A DNA stretch of 64,000 nucleotides from Candidatus Bathyarchaeia archaeon (GTDB taxonomy: Archaea; Thermoproteota; Bathyarchaeia; Bathyarchaeales; Bathycorpusculaceae): NCBI GenBank assembly GCA_038882975.1, contig JAVZNE010000004.1, forward strand, positions 37,127 to 101,126, written 5' to 3'. Under the pieces are notes generated by a model that saw nothing but the letters and a program-made list of their open reading frames with translations, had not been told where the DNA came from and did no database searches. Every line of letters starts with the position of its first letter. Position 1 is the first letter of the stretch. The position numbers and the translations under genes were made by a program. Shown here piece after piece: positions 58,629-64,000 of the stretch.

Positions 58629-59240
58629 TTAATCTTGCGATAGTGCTCTTCCGAGAGTAATAGAGCACAAAATGGCTATTGAAAATGATCCTACAACAAT
58701 AATCGGGTCGATAATGGGTTGTAGTAAATTCCAAACAAGGATAGCGTGAGAAAGGGCTATTATGAAAGCCAATATGTAGGCTTTTGGTTTTAGAAGTCTT
58801 GTAGGATATTTTGTTATTTTATGTTGGTTGAGAATTGCCTTTAATTTTTCTTTTGCTTGCTGTATTTGTTCGTCTGTTACAAGGGATACATGGTTTTTGT
58901 CGCTGTCGATGAATTTTAGGCTTAGAAGAGCGTACCGCTGTAGTTCCCACGGCTTAGTTTTTGGCAGGATTTTTATTACTCCGCTTTTCTCTAATTTTTT
59001 GAGGATTGTTTGGGTTTTGCGGATGAGTTGAACGTCGTTTACTTTTTCTTCGCCGTGAAGTCTTTTAACTAGTTCTTTGACATCTGGGAAATTTAGTTCT
59101 AACTGAAAGTTTGCTATGACTTTTGAGAGTTCATATTGATACTCGCCTTCTCTTAGGCGAATGCTGGCAACTTTATAATCTGAGCTTAATGCTTCTTCTA
59201 AAAAGCGTATTTCATTAGATGTTAGTTTATGTTCCGACAT
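58629..59240 (-). CDS. Hypothetical protein: wHTH-like soluble region plus two C-terminal TM helices
   Basis: RKTQTILKKLEKSGVIKILPK..PWELQRY; hydrophobic C-terminus. Confidence 0.7.
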   Translation of the reverse strand: MSEHKLTSNEIRFLEEALSSDYKVASIRLREGEYQYELSKVIANFQLELNFPDVKELVKRLHGEEKVNDVQLIRKTQTILKKLEKSGVIKILPKTKPWELQRYALLSLKFIDSDKNHVSLVTDEQIQQAKEKLKAILNQHKITKYPTRLLKPKAYILAFIIALSHAILVWNLLQPIIDPIIVVGSFSIAILCSITLGRALSQD

Positions 59241-59407
59241 AATTCGATTACCCTTTCAACAGTTTCAATTGAAATAATATAAAGGCGAGCGTATATAACT
59301 ATTTTTAACTTTCAACGGTTGCAGTCATAATTGTGTTTTTATTCAATGGTTTCTATGGAAAAAATCCATTTTCCTTTAAAGCCTTAGAAATATGTTAGGT
59401 TATCGGA

Positions 59408-59806
59408 ATGGGGGTTGTTTTAGAAAAGTTTCCGTTGATTAGCAAGGAGCGCGTTTTCGGTAAGAGGTATCGGAGTTCCTTTGAGATTATAGCGTCTATT
59501 CTTGAGATTGCTGTTAAGGGGGTGAGTCGTTTTGTTATTGCGAATCGCCTAAATACTAATTACGCGCAGCTTCGAAGGTACTTAAGCTATCTTGTTAGGA
59601 TGGGTTTTATTGATGCTGAGGCTGATGGGAGGAAGATCTTATATAAGACTAGCGGGAAAGGTTTGGAGTTTTTAAGGTTATACTACGCGTTATTAGAGAT
59701 GTTTCTGGAGGATGCTGAAGCAGAAGCATATACTAGTGTTATTCGCGAATGTGCTGGTAGGCAAATGATAGCGAAGGGGAGAGGCAGGCGGAGTTTCGGC
59801 TTATGA
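59408..59806 (+). CDS. Winged-helix transcriptional regulator (archaeal HTH_45-like)
   Basis: RSSFEIIASIL..NTNYAQLRRYLSYL..GFI..YKTSGKGLEFL. Confidence 0.85.
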   Translation: MGVVLEKFPLISKERVFGKRYRSSFEIIASILEIAVKGVSRFVIANRLNTNYAQLRRYLSYLVRMGFIDAEADGRKILYKTSGKGLEFLRLYYALLEMFLEDAEAEAYTSVIRECAGRQMIAKGRGRRSFGL

Positions 59807-59933
59807 TTTTCTCCCTTCTCCTTTCGGCGTGAGGTTCGAATCCGCCTGCCCCCAAAAACCTTTGTTGATTTCTTTTGGTGAATCTTTAAAAGGCGCTTTT
59901 TGTAGATTGGTGTAGTTGTGCGGGGGTTGTTGT

Positions 59934-61016
59934 TTGTCCAGCGAGTTTACTTATGCTGGTGCTGGTGTTGATAGGGGGTTGAGGGTTAGGGCTAAGGGTG
60001 CTTTGCGCTTTCTGCGGAGGACTTATGGTTTTAGTCGTTATGGTGGGGTTTTGCAGCTTCCTTATGGGGTGATTTTTCCTTTTCGCGATGGCGTTTATTT
60101 GGATCTTGTTGTGGAGGGTGTTGGCACTAAGGTTTTGGTGGCTCAGTTAGCCGATAAGTACGATACTATTGGTGTTGATGGTGTTGCTATGGCTGTTAAT
60201 GATGTTATTCGTTCCGGCGCTAAACCTTTAGCCGTTGTTGATAATATTCATGCTCAAGTTTCCAACCCAAGTTTGGTTAGAGAGTGGATGAAGGGCATAG
60301 TGAAGGGGGCTGTTGAGGCTGAGTGTGTTGTTCCGGGCGGCGAGATTGGTGATGTTGCTGAGTTGATTAAGGGTTTGGTGGAGGGGAAGGGTTTTGACAT
60401 GGTTTTTGCTTCTGTTGGTGAAGTTTCTAAGGACAAAATTATTTATGGGAGGGATGTTAAGCCTGGTGATGTTGTTGTTGGTTTGCGGAGTTCTGGAATT
60501 CACAGTAATGGTGTGACATTGGCGCGGAGGGTTTTGTTTAAGTGTTGGGGTGGCATATACGACCCGTTTGACGTTCCTGAACCTCTTGAAAGAGAACTGG
60601 TTTATGAGGTTTTAGAGCCTACTAGGATTTATGTTAAGCCTTTCCTGCGGGTTGCAGACGAGGTGAGGGTTAAGGCTGCTGTGCATATTACTGGTGATGC
60701 CTATTTGAAGTTTGACCGTTTAATGCTTTTCTCGAAGGGGATAGGCTTCGAGTTTAACAATTTTAAGCCCCAGCCCATTTTTGAGGTGATTCAGAGGGCT
60801 GCTTCTGAGCTTGGCGGCAAAATATCGGATGAAGAGATGTTTAAGACTTTTAATATGGGCTGGGGCTTCGCGGTAGTGGTTGACAAGCAAGATGTGGATA
60901 GGGTTGTTGACGTTTTGGAAAGGTCTGGGGTGCATGCCGAAGCTATAGGATGTGTGACAAGCACTGGTGGAATCCGAATATTCTATAAAGGCAAGAGTAT
61001 GCTTTTGAAAAGGTAG
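59934..61016 (+). CDS. purM: Phosphoribosylformylglycinamidine cyclo-ligase
   Basis: YAGAGVD, EGVGTK, SSGIHSNG, HITG, TFNMGWG. Confidence 0.95.
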   Translation: MSSEFTYAGAGVDRGLRVRAKGALRFLRRTYGFSRYGGVLQLPYGVIFPFRDGVYLDLVVEGVGTKVLVAQLADKYDTIGVDGVAMAVNDVIRSGAKPLAVVDNIHAQVSNPSLVREWMKGIVKGAVEAECVVPGGEIGDVAELIKGLVEGKGFDMVFASVGEVSKDKIIYGRDVKPGDVVVGLRSSGIHSNGVTLARRVLFKCWGGIYDPFDVPEPLERELVYEVLEPTRIYVKPFLRVADEVRVKAAVHITGDAYLKFDRLMLFSKGIGFEFNNFKPQPIFEVIQRAASELGGKISDEEMFKTFNMGWGFAVVVDKQDVDRVVDVLERSGVHAEAIGCVTSTGGIRIFYKGKSMLLKR

Positions 61017-61070
61017 GTTTGCCTTCTCTGTGGTGAAAGTGTTTAAATCGGCTTACGTGAAATTTAGCCT

Positions 61071-61322
61071 ATGAAATATCGTTTGAAAATTGAGGTTGGC
61101 TTGAAGCCAGGGCATAGCGACCCTGAAGGCGAGACCACAGCCCATTTGCTTAGGGAGCTGGGCTATAAAGTTGAGAAGGTTAGCGTCAGCAAGGTTTACA
61201 GTGTTGTTGTTCTGGCTGATTCTAGGGATGAAGCCTTGGCGAAGGCTGAGGAGATGTGTAAGAGGCTTTTGGCTAACCCCACAAAGGATAATTACGCTAT
61301 TCTGGTTGAGGAGGAGAAATGA
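61071..61322 (+). CDS. purS: FGAM synthase subunit PurS
   Basis: DPEG, MCKRLLANP. Confidence 0.95.
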   Translation: MKYRLKIEVGLKPGHSDPEGETTAHLLRELGYKVEKVSVSKVYSVVVLADSRDEALAKAEEMCKRLLANPTKDNYAILVEEEK

Positions 61323-63712
61323 GCGGAAGCCTCTACATTCGCGGGGAGACGCCTTTCCCGCTTTTCGAAATAGTTTTGGCGTCTGCCTCTGACCAGCAGT
61401 TGTTGGATGTTAGCCGTGAACTTGGTTTAGGTTTAAGCCTAGAGGAGATGCGGGCTGTTCAGAAATATTTTAGGGAGAAAGGTAGAAACCCAACGGATGT
61501 TGAGCTTCAAACTCTTGGACAGACCTGGTCTGAGCATTGTTTCCACAAAACCTTTAAGGGCATGATAAGGTTTAATGGGAAAGAAATTGATAGCCTCTTC
61601 AAAACTTATATTGCGAGAGTGACAAGGGAGCTTAATTCCCGATGGTGTTTTTCTGTTTTTGAGGATAATGCTGGCATAATTCGGTTTGAAAATGGTTATG
61701 GCATAGCCGTGAAGGTTGAGACTCATAATCATCCGTCGGCTATTGAGCCTTTTGGTGGGGCGGCCACTGGTGTGGGCGGTGTTATACGTGATATTTTGGG
61801 GGTTTGGGCTGACCCTATTGCGTGTACGGATGTTTTGGGCTTTGGCCCATTGGATTATCCTTATGAGAGGCTTCCGCCCGGTGTTAAGCATCCAAAATAC
61901 CTGTATATGGGTGTGGTCGCGGGCATTGGAAGTTATGGTAACAATATGGGGATACCGACGGTTAATGGCGCCATATGCTTTGATGAGAGCTATGTAGGCA
62001 ACGTGGTCGTTTATTGTGGATGTGTTGGGATTCTGCCACTGAAAAAGTTTAAGAGGAATGCAAAACCCGGTGATTTTATTGTTTTGGCTGGAGGAAAAAC
62101 TGGGAGGGACGGCATCCACGGGGTTACTTTTGCTTCTGCGGAGTTGACAGAAAAGTCCGAGGAGGTTTCTAGACCAGCCGTTCAAATTGCCAATCCTATT
62201 GAGGAGGAGAAGCTTAAGAGGGCGATAATTGCCATCAGAGACCTTGAGTTGGCTTCAGCCATAACAGACCTAGGCGGGGGCGGATTATCTTCTGCTGTTG
62301 GCGAAACAGCCAAACGTTTCGGATGCGGCGCTGTCGTAGAGCTTGACAAGGTGCCGCTGAAATATCCTGGTTTGGCTCCTTGGGAAATTTACATTTCCGA
62401 ATCTCAAGAGAGGATGCTTTTGGCTGTTCCGCCAGAAAACTTGGCACAGGTTTTGGAAATTTTTGAGGGGGAAGATGTTGAAGCCACTGCCATTGGGCGG
62501 TACACTGATGACAAGATTTTGCGCATTTATTATGACGAGGTAAAGGTGGCTGAACTGGACATCCCATTCCTTTTTGAACCGCCCAGAACTATTAGAACAG
62601 CCGAGCACAAGCCGCCGGCTTTTACGGAGCCAGTTTTTCCAGAGCCAAAAGACTTGACCAGCACTGTTTTGAGGCTGCTTTCTTCGCCGAACATTGCAAG
62701 CAAAGAAAGCGTCATTAGAACTTACGACCATGAGGTTAAGGGAAACACCGTCCTAAAACCTTTGCACGGGGAGTTTGGCGGTCCAAACGATGCAGCTGTT
62801 CTTAAGCCTTTAAAAGATTCTTGGAGGGGTTTGGTGATTTCTTGTGGCATAAACCCCCAGTATGGGAAAGTAGACCCCTACTGGATGGCAGCCTCAGCCA
62901 TAGACGAAGCCATAAGGAATAATGTGGCGGTGGGCGGCAGAAGAATAGCCCTTCTAGACAATTTTACTTGGGGAAACCCGGAAAAACCCGATAGGCTTGG
63001 AAGCCTAGTAAGGGCTTGCGAGGCATGCTACGATTTCGCCAAAGCCTTTGGAACACCTTTCATTTCTGGGAAGGACAGCCTCTACAACGAGTCGCCTCTT
63101 GGGCCAGTTACGCCGACGCTTTTGATAACGGCTGTTGGGATAATTCCAGACATTCGCGTGGCAGTTTCGTTGGATGTTAAGGAGCCCGGCAGCTCCATCT
63201 ACATTGTTGGCAAAACCTACCATGAGCTTGGCGGTTCAGAATATTATAGGCTGATGGGTTTTATCGGGAAAACAGTGCCGAAGGTGCGTGCCAGCCAAGC
63301 CAGAAAGACGTTTAAGGCGTTGACTAGGGCTATTGACCATGGTTTAGTTAATGCGTGCCACGATTTGTCGGAGGGTGGTTTGGCTGTTGCGGCGGCGGAG
63401 ATGGCTTTTTCCGGTGGCTATGGCATGGAACTGGATTTGCGGCTTGTCCCAACAGAGGGATTGAACAGAAACGACTCTATTCTTTTTGCTGAGTCTAACA
63501 GTCGCTTTCTCGTGGAAGTTCCGGAAAAATGTGAGAGGGATTTTGAGGCTGTTATGCGGGGGTGCACTTTCGCCAGAATTGGTAAGGTGACGGCTACGCC
63601 GAAACTGCGGGTTTATGGCTTGGATGGAAATATCGTAGTGGATGCGCCCTTAAGTGAGTTGTTGGCTTGGTGGAAACGCACCCTAAGCGGCAGTAGCAGT
63701 GGTGAAGCCTAA
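61319..63712 (+). CDS. purL: FGAM synthase subunit PurL
   Basis: WSEHCFHK, KVETHNHPSA, SESQERM, SGKDSLYN, HDLSEGG. Confidence 0.97.
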   Translation: MSGSLYIRGETPFPLFEIVLASASDQQLLDVSRELGLGLSLEEMRAVQKYFREKGRNPTDVELQTLGQTWSEHCFHKTFKGMIRFNGKEIDSLFKTYIARVTRELNSRWCFSVFEDNAGIIRFENGYGIAVKVETHNHPSAIEPFGGAATGVGGVIRDILGVWADPIACTDVLGFGPLDYPYERLPPGVKHPKYLYMGVVAGIGSYGNNMGIPTVNGAICFDESYVGNVVVYCGCVGILPLKKFKRNAKPGDFIVLAGGKTGRDGIHGVTFASAELTEKSEEVSRPAVQIANPIEEEKLKRAIIAIRDLELASAITDLGGGGLSSAVGETAKRFGCGAVVELDKVPLKYPGLAPWEIYISESQERMLLAVPPENLAQVLEIFEGEDVEATAIGRYTDDKILRIYYDEVKVAELDIPFLFEPPRTIRTAEHKPPAFTEPVFPEPKDLTSTVLRLLSSPNIASKESVIRTYDHEVKGNTVLKPLHGEFGGPNDAAVLKPLKDSWRGLVISCGINPQYGKVDPYWMAASAIDEAIRNNVAVGGRRIALLDNFTWGNPEKPDRLGSLVRACEACYDFAKAFGTPFISGKDSLYNESPLGPVTPTLLITAVGIIPDIRVAVSLDVKEPGSSIYIVGKTYHELGGSEYYRLMGFIGKTVPKVRASQARKTFKALTRAIDHGLVNACHDLSEGGLAVAAAEMAFSGGYGMELDLRLVPTEGLNRNDSILFAESNSRFLVEVPEKCERDFEAVMRGCTFARIGKVTATPKLRVYGLDGNIVVDAPLSELLAWWKRTLSGSSSGEA

Positions 63713-63713
63713 C

Positions 63714-64000
63714 ATGAAACGTGAAGAAATTAAGGTTTGCATTCTGCGTGTGGGCGGAACCAACTGTGACGCTGAAACAAAAACAGCCCTTGAAGATTTA
63801 GGGGTTCAAGCCCAAATCCTCCATGTGAATGAGGTGGTTAAGCGGCGAAACCTTATGGATTACCATGCTCTGGTTTTTCCCGGCGGCTTCTCTTATGGGG
63901 ATTATGTGCGTGCTGGCGCAATTTGGGCGAAGTGGATGCTTGCTAAGATGGGAAATGAGTTGAAGGCTTTTGTTGGTGAGGGACGCCCAATTCTTGGAAT
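63714..64000 (+). CDS. purQ: FGAM synthase glutaminase subunit PurQ (runs off window)
   Basis: MKREEIKVCILRVGGTNCDAE..PGGFSYGDY.RAG..RPILG. Confidence 0.93.
   Translation, partial: MKREEIKVCILRVGGTNCDAETKTALEDLGVQAQILHVNEVVKRRNLMDYHALVFPGGFSYGDYVRAGAIWAKWMLAKMGNELKAFVGEGRPILG

Noticed and set aside
59241-59407. Replication origin (ORB-like GTTTCTATGGAAA near a skew switch)
   Set aside because: Only weak ORB resemblance, no G-string and no adjacent cdc6/orc1; kept only as an operator candidate
59826-59855. Third tRNA gene, or att site of an element integrated at tRNA-Gly
   Set aside because: GGTTCGAATCC is present but there is no 5-bp T stem, anticodon arm or D arm; it does not match the tRNA-Gly 3' end, is in the opposite orientation, and no integrase is present

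Overview
Archaeal chromosomal window. The archaeal-type r-proteins (L32e, L19e, S4e, L34e), Rpp29, the tetraether synthase, TrmB and CCA-less tRNAs establish the domain; gene content suggests Bathyarchaeia, which is an inference. In order it holds: a MATE fragment; a MacB/LolCDE-type ABC pair divergent from a 1283-aa repeat-bearing surface protein; tRNA-Cys; a MoeB/E1-like enzyme; DNA ligase; a GT2/radical SAM/epimerase cluster; a ThrC-like-wHTH fusion followed by an ECF S component, amidohydrolase and AIR-synthase-like gene; a processive GT2 cassette; the L22-to-cmk ribosomal operon with an inserted Hsp20; hypE/D/C/F; trmB and tes; a nine-gene beta-oxidation/ETF operon; a decayed nucleoside deoxyribosyltransferase-like gene; a bacterial-type rsmH beside tRNA-Gly; a NosD/coiled-coil surface protein; and purM-purS-purL-purQ. 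The best candidate for a new system is the threonine-synthase homologue. Its PLP Schiff-base Lys is replaced by Arg (SFRDR), it is fused to a winged-helix domain, and it sits upstream of a palindrome-covered promoter for a probable vitamin uptake/salvage operon. No database searches were run; all calls come from motif recognition.
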